A DNA stretch of 64,000 nt from positions 124,001 through 188,000 of the IMG/VR virus record IMGVR_UViG_3300010158_000027. One strand, given 5' to 3'. Position 1 is the first letter of the stretch. Every line of letters starts with the position of its first letter. This document shows, one piece after another, positions 1 to 10,178 of the stretch. The notes under the pieces are model-generated. The model searched no databases. It was not told the DNA's origin and saw only the letters and a list, made by a program, of their open reading frames with translations. The translations under genes were made by a program, and so were the position numbers.

Positions 1-2
1 GA

Positions 3-509
3 GCGGTTCCTGTGGGAATGTTATCAAAAAGTGAAATTATTTTAAATTGTTATTTGATTGATGAAAAAGAAATAGAAAACAATCCCGACTTATTGGGGGA
101 TTATAACGTACCAAGATATTTGGCAGCATTTAATAAAAGGATCGAACCATTACTTGTAGTTTATTCTCCTGAAATAAGAAAGGACATTTTAATTGAGGAT
201 CCAAAAGACCAACCGATATTCACTAAATCACAAACTGAATTAGGTAGAGGATTCCCAATGAAAGAAAAAGATCAGGACATGATAGATGAGGTATTAACTT
301 TATCGGACATGGAGATTAATTTTTGGCAAACTGTCGGAATCGATCCTTATTATATGTATATAGATGATACCATCAACTTAGTCGATATTGGGAGGGTTAA
401 CCATAATAGAGAATTAATGAATAAGGTGACTAAAGTTGCGAAGGTAGATTCCGACGAATATTATGAGTTCGACGTAGATGGGGATTTAATTTCTTTAATA
501 CACGATTAA
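3..509 (+). CDS. C-terminal fragment of a probable family-B DNA polymerase (5' truncated by window edge)
   Basis: Frame is open from base 3 (AVPVGMLSK...), so the gene starts upstream. DYNVPRYLAAFNKRIEPLL resembles the C-terminal tail of large-phage PolB; no catalytic motifs are inside the window. Confidence 0.45.
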   Translation, partial: AVPVGMLSKSEIILNCYLIDEKEIENNPDLLGDYNVPRYLAAFNKRIEPLLVVYSPEIRKDILIEDPKDQPIFTKSQTELGRGFPMKEKDQDMIDEVLTLSDMEINFWQTVGIDPYYMYIDDTINLVDIGRVNHNRELMNKVTKVAKVDSDEYYEFDVDGDLISLIHD

Positions 510-838
510 GAGTCCTTCATACCATCAGAAGAAAGTATATACCAAAAGGATCCTATGAACATAAATTCAACACAGGATCCTTTTGTTAATTCTACCTCAT
601 TAAATTCCTCATCTATTAATTCCTTTGATTTAACTAAAACGTTTGTTAATGCTTTAATTACTATGTGATCGGTACTTGTTGAGTCCAAATAGATAGTACA
701 ATTGTCAATACCCTTAATAATTAACGCATATTCGCCGTTAGTAGTATACGACTCATTAGTTACAATTGCGGATTCAGAGGTTTCAACCTCATGCCCGTTA
801 ATGATCCTTTTAGATGGGATTGATCTAAATATTGCCAT
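506..838 (-). CDS. small beta-rich protein, possible virion appendage domain
   Basis: 110 aa, co-oriented just downstream of the neck gene. The pattern TIYLD..IVIKA..LID..VEL..W.ILSS resembles beta-sandwich domains of phage fibre proteins. Confidence 0.5.
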   Translation of the reverse strand: MAIFRSIPSKRIINGHEVETSESAIVTNESYTTNGEYALIIKGIDNCTIYLDSTSTDHIVIKALTNVLVKSKELIDEEFNEVELTKGSCVEFMFIGSFWYILSSDGMKDS

Positions 839-844
839 AAAAAG

Positions 845-1963
845 TTATATGATGTTATACGGACTTTGGAATGCCCTAAATTTCAATAGTTTATTAAGGT
901 TTTCGGCTTGTAATGCCTTTTGTTCCATTTGTTTTTCGGGTCTTAACCTTTCTAATCTGAGCCTTAGTTCTTCAGTTAGTGATACTTTTTCATCTTTCGC
1001 TTCAGTTTGTAATGTGGTATATTCTAAAGTTAATTCAGAATCGGGAGTTTTTAAGTTACCGCTATATTTACCCCTAACTCTTGCCAAGGCTTCTTTACAA
1101 TATGCAGTAAACCACCTTCTAACCCAAGTTTGTCCTGGTGAATTCAATTCGTCCCATTTCATCTCATCAATAGGGACATCGGATGGTAGTCGCACAATGT
1201 CTGGATTTTTTGCCAAACAATCAGCTCTATCGTTTGTTTCATAATACCAATACCATACTTTATATCCTTTATTTTTCATATTTCCAAAATCGAATTTACC
1301 ACCAGGGGTATTCATTAAATGGATTGCTTTTTTTCCTTCAGGTAGCGCAGTAATTCTATACGTTAACTCGCCGGTGATAATCCTTCGTTTCATGCTGATA
1401 TCCGACATCCTTAAAAGGATATCAAATGCTGGTGTCACAAAATAGTTTCCTGAAGTTCCCATTTGTGAGAACCCAGCACCACCACCAAGTCCAACACCAC
1501 CTGCTCCACCAAAACCACCCATGAATGGGTCGAAATATGCAGCATCCAATTCAGAACGACTGAACCATAACAATTCGTTAATTTCTCTACCTGCCGGCAC
1601 CTCGTATATTTGTTGATTGGGTATTAAATCGATATAATCCTTTTTTAATACGTAATCACCACCCGTTTGTAGTCCGACGATTTTAGAATATGCGTAGGTA
1701 TATTGGGTTTCCCAATCCATACTTCTGGTGGTTAAAGCCCTTGTTAATGATTGCTCATCTAAATTTAAACCATATAGAGACGACCACTGACTTTCAATTA
1801 GCCAGTCATTAACATATTGAGCATAATCTTGGATGGACATTTCTAAAAGGGAGTCCATCATTTCGTCCTCTATTTCGACAGAACGTAAAGGGGCACCCAA
1901 AAGATGTTTAATTCTTTTATATAATTTACTTCTTTCAGGTTCTTGGATTATTATAGTAGACAT
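845..1963 (-). CDS. neck / head-tail connector protein (T4 gp13-like)
   Basis: 372 aa. N-terminal RIKHLLGAPLRSVEIEDEM and C-terminal WVRRWFTAYCKEALARVRGKY..L.L....L..EA match the gp13-type pattern. TATTTAT motif upstream. Confidence 0.65.
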   Translation of the reverse strand: MSTIIIQEPERSKLYKRIKHLLGAPLRSVEIEDEMMDSLLEMSIQDYAQYVNDWLIESQWSSLYGLNLDEQSLTRALTTRSMDWETQYTYAYSKIVGLQTGGDYVLKKDYIDLIPNQQIYEVPAGREINELLWFSRSELDAAYFDPFMGGFGGAGGVGLGGGAGFSQMGTSGNYFVTPAFDILLRMSDISMKRRIITGELTYRITALPEGKKAIHLMNTPGGKFDFGNMKNKGYKVWYWYYETNDRADCLAKNPDIVRLPSDVPIDEMKWDELNSPGQTWVRRWFTAYCKEALARVRGKYSGNLKTPDSELTLEYTTLQTEAKDEKVSLTEELRLRLERLRPEKQMEQKALQAENLNKLLKFRAFQSPYNII

Positions 1964-1985
1964 AAAGATATTTTTAATATAAATA

Positions 1986-4853
1986 TCATCTACCTTTAAA
2001 AATGATATTTAACATCTCTTCAATGGATGATGCGTCATCCATGATATCGTCTCCCATGACTGTCGATATAATCTTTTTCTTTCTATTTAAGATGTCATAG
2101 ATTAACCCTTCTATTGTGTTTTCAAACAGGGGATAATAAACTGATGTTGAATTTTTTTGTCCGATTCTATGTGACCGATCTTCCGCCTGAGCATGTTCTG
2201 CGGGAACAAATGATAAGTCATTCATTATTACCGCTTCAGCCGAAGTTAAAGTTATACCAACCCCAGCAGCCTTTAAGTTCCCAACAAAAACTTTAATTTT
2301 ATCGTTTTCCTGAAAGTCGTCCACCGATTTTTGTCGATGATGTTTGGAACAACTACCATCCAAATAAACCGCTTGTTTTTCAAAATGATTGTAAATTTCA
2401 TGTAAAGTATCGGTAAAGTTTGTAAAAATTATAACTTTTTTTCCTTGTTCGAGTATGTTTTCAGCCAACTCGATGGTTGTTTTAACTTTTTCTTGTGCGA
2501 TAACTTTTCTTACCTTCATTATTTTACTGAACTGTATTGTTAGTGAATTCGATTCGTCACCGCTCTTATCATACCAATCAAAATATTCACCCATCAACTC
2601 TTCGTAATTATCTGATTTCAATCTTAAATAGACAGGGGTGATAATTTTTTCGGGTAAATCTAAAACGTCGTCCTTTAATCTTCGTAAAATATGTGTTTGG
2701 GTTCTATCTCTTAATTCATCTAAATTCGACGCCCCCGCCACGTTCCAAACTTTTCTACTACCAACATTAAATTGGAATCCATTACAGTATCTTCTAGCAT
2801 ACGACATCCAATTTGCCGCCACGGGACTTTCAACCAAACTCAAAAGATTATAATAGTTCATCGGTCGTGATGTCATTGGTGTTCCCGTTAATAACCAAAC
2901 CCTTTCAATGGATACCGCAATATCGTTTACGATTTTTGTTCGGGCAGCTTGGGGGTTTGATATCATGTGAGATTCGTCCATAATAACCAAATCGAATTTG
3001 GACTTTAAAATTGTCGATTCCTCTCTTTTTTTTACGTCGTGGAAATTTTTTAAGATATCATAATTAATAATGACAAAATCATGTTCATCTGAATATTTTT
3101 TACCCTCCGATATATACACACTTCTGTCGGTGTAGTTTTCGATTTCTCTTTGCCAATTTATTTTTAAAGATGCTGGACAAACAATTAATATTTTTTTTGC
3201 TCCCGTTTCTAACGCCGCAATAATTGTCGATGTTGTATTGTGGGTTACAATACAATGTTCGGTAACATATAGTTTATCAGGAGAATCTACCGATATGCAA
3301 ACACTTTCTTCAAATCCAACTTTTTCAATATTTTTAATATATCTTCCAGTTGGGTATTTTTTTGGTTCGATATATCTATCGGACTTTCTTTTTAATCTGA
3401 AGGGATTCATACCTGAAGGTAGTTTAATATTAACTCTATATGCTAATTTACCTTCCATTTTAATCCCTTTATATATGTATGTGGGGATACGAGTATTAAC
3501 TCTGGCAACACCCCCTAATGTTTGTACCACTTCAACAACGTCATCACAAAGTTGTTTTGAAATGGTACAATATTCAGTCCCTAAAAAAGTTTCATTTCCG
3601 TTAAACATACAGTGTCCGTCAGTATCCATTAATCCTTGTAGAATTGCCAATCTATTTTCAATTGATGAATATTTGTATATATCAGGTATGAATTTGTTAT
3701 GGGATCGAGCCTCGTTAAGTTTGAGTTCGTTTAATATATCCCTACCAATAAATTTATTTCCTTTTCTTTTATTGTCAATTTTTTTATTTTCATTTAAATT
3801 AAAACCGTAAAATAATTCATCATAATCGTCGCAGTGAACTGTAAAAACACAAGACGATTTAGTTATATGACCATCTCCCAAAATCAGACCTAAAAAATAA
3901 GGGTTAATCGGAAGGGTATCATTTCGTTCAAACTGTATCGGTTTAACTATCGGTATTTGCCATTTATTATTACCATTTGACGATTTATAGTGGGTTTCTA
4001 TCTCATAATCTTTAGTTGAGTTAACTCCATTACCTTTTATTATAATTTTACCCCCCTCAAACATTTGTTTGGTGGATAGTACTAATGATTTTTTTGTCCT
4101 ATCGTTTTTTCGATTACTACCATAATTTGGGGACGATACCGACCATAAATGTTCATCCCCTGATAAAATTGAAAATCCGTCATTGAATGTAATTTTATAT
4201 GTTTCCTTTAAACCTTGTGGAAATACACCAACAACGTTATACGATTTGCCGTCACTACCAATAACGTTATCTCCGACTTTTAAATCCCCAATTTTTTTTC
4301 TACCATTTGGAGTAAATACCTTATTATTCTTAGGCTCGCACTTGCCCAAACCCATATCGTCCGCCAAAATAAACTTTTTGTTACCAACCAATTTTTGAAT
4401 TGCCTCTTTTTGGTGTTCCATTGGGGGTCTCACATCGTATTTTGTGTAATCGACAACAACGTTTTTTACTTCGTTGTTTTTAATTATTGCCGTTTTCGGT
4501 AACCAAAAATCATGAATGGTTTCACCACTAAACACTTTTCCCCAAATATGATACGACTTATCTTTTTCAACCAAAAGTTTTTCAACGTAAATTTCTGTTG
4601 GTTCTTTGGTATACATTTTATCCTCCATCATCTTTTTACCGAAGTAGGAATCTAACTTAACCCATTTTTTTGCAACTTTTGGTAATATGTTATGGAAATT
4701 TATTATGTAATCTGATTGGGGTCTTGTGGGTGTAAACGACTTACTATTAAGTTTCTTATGTTTTAAATTTAGGATATAGTTATTTGATCCAACATATTCA
4801 TCTAAAAGTTGAAGTGCTTTAGTTTCGGGAGTCCTTGAAATTATGTCGTCCAT
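1986..4853 (-). CDS. SNF2-family helicase/ATPase containing an intein
   Basis: After splicing: Walker A LADDMGLGK|TT, DESH box, LLTGTP motif III, and C-terminal AAGVGITL and QAEDRSHRIGQ motifs. Confidence 0.92.
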   Translation of the reverse strand: MDDIISRTPETKALQLLDEYVGSNNYILNLKHKKLNSKSFTPTRPQSDYIINFHNILPKVAKKWVKLDSYFGKKMMEDKMYTKEPTEIYVEKLLVEKDKSYHIWGKVFSGETIHDFWLPKTAIIKNNEVKNVVVDYTKYDVRPPMEHQKEAIQKLVGNKKFILADDMGLGKCEPKNNKVFTPNGRKKIGDLKVGDNVIGSDGKSYNVVGVFPQGLKETYKITFNDGFSILSGDEHLWSVSSPNYGSNRKNDRTKKSLVLSTKQMFEGGKIIIKGNGVNSTKDYEIETHYKSSNGNNKWQIPIVKPIQFERNDTLPINPYFLGLILGDGHITKSSCVFTVHCDDYDELFYGFNLNENKKIDNKRKGNKFIGRDILNELKLNEARSHNKFIPDIYKYSSIENRLAILQGLMDTDGHCMFNGNETFLGTEYCTISKQLCDDVVEVVQTLGGVARVNTRIPTYIYKGIKMEGKLAYRVNIKLPSGMNPFRLKRKSDRYIEPKKYPTGRYIKNIEKVGFEESVCISVDSPDKLYVTEHCIVTHNTTSTIIAALETGAKKILIVCPASLKINWQREIENYTDRSVYISEGKKYSDEHDFVIINYDILKNFHDVKKREESTILKSKFDLVIMDESHMISNPQAARTKIVNDIAVSIERVWLLTGTPMTSRPMNYYNLLSLVESPVAANWMSYARRYCNGFQFNVGSRKVWNVAGASNLDELRDRTQTHILRRLKDDVLDLPEKIITPVYLRLKSDNYEELMGEYFDWYDKSGDESNSLTIQFSKIMKVRKVIAQEKVKTTIELAENILEQGKKVIIFTNFTDTLHEIYNHFEKQAVYLDGSCSKHHRQKSVDDFQENDKIKVFVGNLKAAGVGITLTSAEAVIMNDLSFVPAEHAQAEDRSHRIGQKNSTSVYYPLFENTIEGLIYDILNRKKKIISTVMGDDIMDDASSIEEMLNIIFKGR
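3237..4340 (-). mobile_element. intein (368 aa) with LAGLIDADG homing endonuclease, inserted in Walker A of the SNF2 helicase
   Basis: Begins with Cys (GLGK|CEPK), ends VTHN, and the +1 residue is Thr. Two LAGLIDADG-type motifs (PYFLGLILGDG, LQGLMDTDG). Removal restores GLGKTT. Confidence 0.95.
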
Positions 4854-4899
4854 AGTATTAAATTAATAGTAGTAAATAATAATAAATAATCAATCAAAG

Positions 4900-4906
4900 T
4901 ATTTAT
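4900..4906 (+). promoter_or_regulatory. TATTTAT promoter-like motif (divergent copy on minus strand at 4882-4888)
   Basis: Lies 4 nt before the ATG at 4911; the same heptamer recurs upstream of about 15 other genes. Confidence 0.6.
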
Positions 4907-4910
4907 TATT

Positions 4911-5426
4911 ATGACACAGAATAGAGTTCCAATTACAAGATTAAATAAATTCTTCTCAGAGACGGATTTTAATTTAGATATTTCTATGGGCGAGGAGTGG
5001 CTCCATGGCGACATGAACTTTACGGTAGTACTATATAGGGTCGACAAACAAAAAACAAATACTGATGATGTATATGGTGAAGCGTTGACTGACGGAATAC
5101 AATTCTTAACCCCAATAGAGTTAAAAGGGTACGTTAAAATCGAAGCACCAGTAAACTCAGATTACGCAAGTTCTAAATTATCTCAAATCGAGCCAGGAAA
5201 TATGAATTTTAACATATACCAAAGTTATTTGGATCAGTTGGCAATAGAAATTTCTTTGGGTGACTATATTGGGTATTATGAAACTGAAGATACGGTAAGA
5301 TATTATACGGTAGTAAATGACGGTAGGATAACGTCAGATAATAAGCACACATATGGAGGGTATAAAAAATTCTACAGAACAATAATCGCAACCCCATCAA
5401 CTAACAACGAATTCAAAGGAATATAA
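4911..5426 (+). CDS. head completion / neck protein (gp14-like)
   Basis: 171 aa, between the neck gene and tail terminator. The VVLYRVD..T..DDVYGE pattern is typical of head-closure proteins. Confidence 0.5.
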   Translation: MTQNRVPITRLNKFFSETDFNLDISMGEEWLHGDMNFTVVLYRVDKQKTNTDDVYGEALTDGIQFLTPIELKGYVKIEAPVNSDYASSKLSQIEPGNMNFNIYQSYLDQLAIEISLGDYIGYYETEDTVRYYTVVNDGRITSDNKHTYGGYKKFYRTIIATPSTNNEFKGI

Positions 5427-5427
5427 A

Positions 5428-6468
5428 ATGGCATTACCTAAAAAAGAAAAAAAATATCTACCTCTCGTTCCCACTAAAGTTGGTCCAGAAAGAAGGCAAG
5501 AAATGTTAGATGATATTACAGTTGACGGTACGTATTTACCAAAAGGTGTTTTACATGCTGATTTAGATAGGGGAATATTAGATTTCGTAAAGGACGATAT
5601 AACATTAACTGTTGATGGTAAAACGGTACCAACGGTCAATAAAATCATAACAACTCAGAGTTGGTCACAATTTACCGAAACGTGGGATTTCCAAGATTTA
5701 GATAAAAACGTTTCATTACCTTTCATTATAACGGTAAGACAACCTGAGGTAAAATATGGTAAATTCCAAGGCGGTGGGGCGAATATCCCTGAAAGACTTA
5801 GGTTCTCATACTATACGGTTCCGACTTGGGATGGACAAAGAAAGGGTGCGGACGTTTATAAAATACCACAACCAGTACCTGTCGATGTTATATATACTAT
5901 TAAAATATTTTGTAATAGAATGCGAGAAGTGAATGAATTCAATAAAATCATGATGCAAAAATTCACCTCAAAACAAGCATACACACAAATTAAGGGTCAC
6001 TATATGCCAATAACGTTAGAAGATCCAACAGATGAATCGGCAAAAGACATCGAAAAAAGAAAGTATTACGTACAGAGTTATAAAATTACATTAAATGGGT
6101 TGTTGATTGATGAAGATGAATTCCAAGTCTCCCCCGCAATCACACGACAAGTTTCTCTTTTTGAATTTCAAACATCTAAAAAATCTAAAAGGGCTAAAAT
6201 TGAACCTCCAAGACCGAACTCATTTGATTTGGATTTAAGTTTTGTGTCGGGTAATACTCAATTAAGTGAGGTGTTTAGGTATACCGCAGATATTAATGTT
6301 GGTATGACACAAAATGTATCATCATTCTCTGTAACCATTAACGGTAATTATGCTGGGGATGATTTAAGTATAATACAAATCAACGATGGGGATACTCTAA
6401 TTATTAATATTATAAAAAACGATATTACTAAAATTGCATCTATAAAAACTATTGCGGTGTTGGTTTAA
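5428..6468 (+). CDS. tail terminator / sheath stabiliser (gp15-like)
   Basis: 346 aa, directly upstream of the sheath; LPFI..R and PVPVDVIYTIKIF motifs. Confidence 0.55.
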   Translation: MALPKKEKKYLPLVPTKVGPERRQEMLDDITVDGTYLPKGVLHADLDRGILDFVKDDITLTVDGKTVPTVNKIITTQSWSQFTETWDFQDLDKNVSLPFIITVRQPEVKYGKFQGGGANIPERLRFSYYTVPTWDGQRKGADVYKIPQPVPVDVIYTIKIFCNRMREVNEFNKIMMQKFTSKQAYTQIKGHYMPITLEDPTDESAKDIEKRKYYVQSYKITLNGLLIDEDEFQVSPAITRQVSLFEFQTSKKSKRAKIEPPRPNSFDLDLSFVSGNTQLSEVFRYTADINVGMTQNVSSFSVTINGNYAGDDLSIIQINDGDTLIINIIKNDITKIASIKTIAVLV

Positions 6469-6618
6469 TTACTCACCATAAATATCTTTTTCTTTAATAC
6501 AACTCTTCTTAATTAAGTTTTCTAAAAACACATAAATCTTCAATCCATTATCTTGGCAATACGTTTTTAAGATGTTGTGGGTTTCTTCTGAAATCTTTAT
6601 ATTTTTTATTTTTTTCAT
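6469..6618 (-). CDS. 49-aa ribbon-helix-helix DNA-binding protein (not in ORF track)
   Basis: Translation MKKIKNIKISEETHNILKTYCQDNGLKIYVFLENLIKKSCIKEKDIYGE has an alternating beta-ribbon (KNIKIS) plus two helices. It fills the gap exactly, with TATTTAT 4 nt upstream. Confidence 0.75.
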   Translation of the reverse strand: MKKIKNIKISEETHNILKTYCQDNGLKIYVFLENLIKKSCIKEKDIYGE

Positions 6619-6630
6619 ATTTATAAATAT
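6617..6630. promoter_or_regulatory. 14-bp palindrome ATATTTATAAATAT carrying the TATTTAT motif on both strands
   Basis: Perfect palindrome overlapping the RHH start, in the divergent RHH/sheath intergenic region. Confidence 0.55.
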
Positions 6631-6753
6631 AATAAGGTAGAAAAAAGGTAGAATTTTTTCATACTTACATATATTTATTATCTTTTAATCACGTTTTTTG
6701 GAAATTTTGTAGGTATTTATTAATAAAAATAAATCTTTAATTAAATAGACAAA

Positions 6754-9700
6754 ATGGCATCTACTACAAAAGTATTCGTTTCTCCTGGAGTGTATACCTC
6801 AGAAAGAGACTTAACTTTCGTTGCACAAAGCGTTGGTGTAACAACATTAGGTTTGGCTGGGGAGACTTTACAAGGTCCAGCATTCGAACCGATTTTCATA
6901 ACAAACTACGATGAGTATCAAGTATACTTCGGAGGTACAAGTCCCGAAAAATACTACAATACTCAGATACCAAAGTATGAGACGTCTTACATTGCTAAAG
7001 CGTACTTACAACAATCAAATCAATTATTTATAACGAGAGTTTTAGGACTTTCAGGTTATGATGCTGGACCATCTTGGTCGATTGTAACTGCAGGTAACGT
7101 TGATCCGGCAACTCTTTCGGTAACGGCAACTACAGGGCCTGTTTATGTGAACTTTACTGGTACTACAGGTGCTAGTTCAAATATCACTATAACAAGTGTA
7201 CCTTCAGCATTAAGTTCAAAATTTTATGAGACTTACACTAGTTACGACGGTGGAACATCTACATTGAGTCAAGACTTTAAAAATTATATATCAGCTCAAG
7301 TTGGGTTATATAGTACATCATCAGCATTATCAGGAAGAACCGCATATTTTTGGGGTTCAGTTAGTTCAACCACATTTAACTCAGTTACTGGTTCATCAGT
7401 TGCAGGGGCGGCGACAGCATACACTGAAACATTTGGGGTTAATAACGTTAACGTTTCAATCGCAGATTTAAGTTCATCATCAAATGATGCATGGTATTAT
7501 GGATTATTTGATTACAGTCAAAGTATTACTAATGTGAATTCATATAATGGTTATGGGTTTGGTTCGGTTTTAAGTAGTATCACAGGTTTAACTAATGGTG
7601 TTTACTCAGGTACAATGAAAACATACATAACTAACTACTCAGGTTCACCTTATAGTGAATATGATAATCTTGTTGTTGCGACTTTAAGATCTAGAGGTAT
7701 CACTAATTATTCAAGTACAAGTCACGGACCGGCTTTCCAAGTCACAGGAACCACTGATGTGGCAATCAATTGTGCTGGTGGATATTCTGCGGTAACTAAA
7801 AACCCATACGAAACATTCGCAATCTCAGGGATTACTAAAGACGGAGACACATTTAGTTTTGAGACATCATTGTCAACAACAGATACACAATACATTTCTA
7901 AAGTATTTGGTAGAAGTAATTTTGGTAAAGATAGAACTGAAGTTCCTTTACTTGTTGAAGAAACGTACTCAAGTTTGTTACAATCGGGGTATAGAGAAAG
8001 TAAAGTTAGAGGAATTTATTGTGATTTAGTATCTTTACCTGGTGTGACTGACACAACAAGTAATGACTATTCTGATTCATTAGGATTCTATTTGGAACAA
8101 TACCAAACACCTGAAACACCTTATTTAGTTTCAGAACTAAGAGGTAATAAAGTTTTTAAATTATTTAAATTTAAATTAATTTCTGACGGTAACGCGGCAA
8201 ATAAATTGGTAAAAATGTCTATTGGTAATATTTCATTCGCCAATGGAACTTTCGACGTATTCATTAGAGATTTTTATGATAACGACCAAAACGTTAGAGT
8301 TATTGAAAGTTTCACTAATTGTTCTATGGATCCTAACCAAAACAATTATGTAGCAAATAAAATAGGAACATCTAACGGAGAATACCAAGTTAAGTCTAAA
8401 TACGTTATGTTAGAAATGAGTGACGAAGCTCCGACAGACGCATTACCTTGTGGTTTTGATGGTTACATCAGTAGAGAGTATGCAAATGCGACTCCACCGT
8501 TTATGGTTTATAAAACACAATATTTAAAAGCGGGTGATGTAATTTATAACCCACCTTTTGGTTCTTCATCAGGAGGGGATAATGCAGTTATCTCTAACGG
8601 AGAAAACCCAAGAAGAGCCTATTTAGGTATTTCAAACATAACTGGAATTGATTATGATTTCTTCGAATATAAAGGTAAACAAATACCTGCAAACTTAGGA
8701 ACTGACACTTCAGGGATTGGTTGGGGTTATAAAACTAAAGGATTCCACATGGATAGTGGAGCGACTATTGTTACTATGGTTGTTAATTCAGCAACAACGG
8801 AAGCATTTGTAGTTGGTGCTGGAGCATTTAGAAGTGAACCTGAAAACTCCGATAACCCATATTACAAATCAAATACACGTAAATTTACATTATATCCTTA
8901 CGGTGGATTCGATGGTTGGGATATCTATAGAGAATATAGAACTAATGGTGATTCATTCGCGTTGGGTCAATCAGGATTCAAATATGGTGCGGCACCTTCA
9001 GTGACATATCCAACAGCATCAGGATGGGGAGCATTTAAACAAATTTCAGGTCCTAATCAAGAGACATGGGCAAACACTGACTATTACGCATTTAAAATGG
9101 GACAAAGCAGTTTCGCAAATCCTGAGTCGGTTAATATTAACGTATTTGCAACTCCAGGTATTGATTACGTAAATAACTCAAACTTAGTTGAAGATGCGAT
9201 TGATATGGTTGAAACTGACAGAGCTGATTCAATTTACATCTGTACGACTCCTGATTTTAATTTATTTTTACCAACTTATTCTGATATTGAAGAAGGATTG
9301 ATTTATCCACAAGAAACGGTAGATAATTTGGAATCTACGGGTATAGACTCTAACTACTCAGCAACTTACTACCCATGGGTTTTGACAAGAGATAGTGTAA
9401 ATAATACACAACTTTATTTACCACCAACAGGTGAAGTGGTTAAAAACTTGGCATTAACTGATAACATCGCCTTCCCTTGGTTCGCATCTGCGGGTTACAC
9501 AAGAGGTTTGGTAAATTCTATCAGAGCACGTAAAAAGTTGACACAAGAAGATAGAGATACCTTATATAAAGGTAGAATAAACCCAATCGCTACTTTCTCT
9601 GATGTTGGTACGGTAATTTGGGGTAACAAAACGATGCAAGTTAAGGAATCTGCACTTGACAGAATTAACGTTAGAAGATTGTTACTACAAGCTCGTAAAT

Positions 9701-9969
9701 TAATTTCAGCGGTGGCAGTTAGATTATTGTTTGAGCAAAATGACGATAAAGTTAGACAACAATTCTTAGACTCAGTTAACCCAATCTTGGATTCAATTAG
9801 AAGAGATAGAGGTTTGATTGATTTTAGAGTAACGGTTTCAAACACACCTGAAGATTTAGACTCAAACACTTTAACGGGTAAAATTTATTTAAAACCTACA
9901 AGAGCGTTAGAATACATTGACATCGAGTTTGTTATCACACCAACAGGAGCATCGTTTGACGATTTATAA
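6754..9969 (+). CDS. contractile tail sheath protein
   Basis: 1071 aa. N-terminal FVSPGVYTSERDL; C-terminal FPWFASAGYTRG, GTVIWGNKT, LDRINVRRLL and IYLKPTRALEYI sheath motifs. Confidence 0.95.
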   Translation: MASTTKVFVSPGVYTSERDLTFVAQSVGVTTLGLAGETLQGPAFEPIFITNYDEYQVYFGGTSPEKYYNTQIPKYETSYIAKAYLQQSNQLFITRVLGLSGYDAGPSWSIVTAGNVDPATLSVTATTGPVYVNFTGTTGASSNITITSVPSALSSKFYETYTSYDGGTSTLSQDFKNYISAQVGLYSTSSALSGRTAYFWGSVSSTTFNSVTGSSVAGAATAYTETFGVNNVNVSIADLSSSSNDAWYYGLFDYSQSITNVNSYNGYGFGSVLSSITGLTNGVYSGTMKTYITNYSGSPYSEYDNLVVATLRSRGITNYSSTSHGPAFQVTGTTDVAINCAGGYSAVTKNPYETFAISGITKDGDTFSFETSLSTTDTQYISKVFGRSNFGKDRTEVPLLVEETYSSLLQSGYRESKVRGIYCDLVSLPGVTDTTSNDYSDSLGFYLEQYQTPETPYLVSELRGNKVFKLFKFKLISDGNAANKLVKMSIGNISFANGTFDVFIRDFYDNDQNVRVIESFTNCSMDPNQNNYVANKIGTSNGEYQVKSKYVMLEMSDEAPTDALPCGFDGYISREYANATPPFMVYKTQYLKAGDVIYNPPFGSSSGGDNAVISNGENPRRAYLGISNITGIDYDFFEYKGKQIPANLGTDTSGIGWGYKTKGFHMDSGATIVTMVVNSATTEAFVVGAGAFRSEPENSDNPYYKSNTRKFTLYPYGGFDGWDIYREYRTNGDSFALGQSGFKYGAAPSVTYPTASGWGAFKQISGPNQETWANTDYYAFKMGQSSFANPESVNINVFATPGIDYVNNSNLVEDAIDMVETDRADSIYICTTPDFNLFLPTYSDIEEGLIYPQETVDNLESTGIDSNYSATYYPWVLTRDSVNNTQLYLPPTGEVVKNLALTDNIAFPWFASAGYTRGLVNSIRARKKLTQEDRDTLYKGRINPIATFSDVGTVIWGNKTMQVKESALDRINVRRLLLQARKLISAVAVRLLFEQNDDKVRQQFLDSVNPILDSIRRDRGLIDFRVTVSNTPEDLDSNTLTGKIYLKPTRALEYIDIEFVITPTGASFDDL

Positions 9970-9990
9970 TAAAAACTAAAATAATAAAGG

Positions 9991-10014
9991 ATGGGGAGTA
10001 GAAATATTCCCCAT
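9991..10014 (+). terminator. hairpin after sheath gene
   Basis: ATGGGGAGTA-GAAA-TATTCCCCAT stem with GNRA loop; the U-tract is weak. Confidence 0.55.
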
Positions 10015-10040
10015 TTGTATATTTATATAAAAAAAAGATT

Positions 10041-10178
10041 ATGATAATAGAAAAAAAATTAATCAAAGAAAGTGTTGGTATCGATAAGAAAGAGTCACAA
10101 ACTTTTTCAGATAAAAAACAAAATATTGTTATTACTGAAGCTCAATTAGAAAAACTATTGGAAAAACTTAAGAAGTGA
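10041..10178 (+). CDS. 45-aa protein (not in ORF track)
   Basis: Translation MIIEKKLIKESVGIDKKESQTFSDKKQNIVITEAQLEKLLEKLKK. TATTTAT at 10020-10026; its stop overlaps the next ATG (TGATG). Confidence 0.7.
   Translation: MIIEKKLIKESVGIDKKESQTFSDKKQNIVITEAQLEKLLEKLKK

Noticed and set aside
506-509. Convergent genes sharing TTAA as both stop codons
   Set aside because: Real, but expected from genome compaction; no added function is evident.
702-4398. Plus-strand ORFs 702-1244, 2114-2296, 2638-2853, 3238-3810 and 4183-4398
   Set aside because: Antisense shadows of the neck and helicase genes; no motifs or start context.
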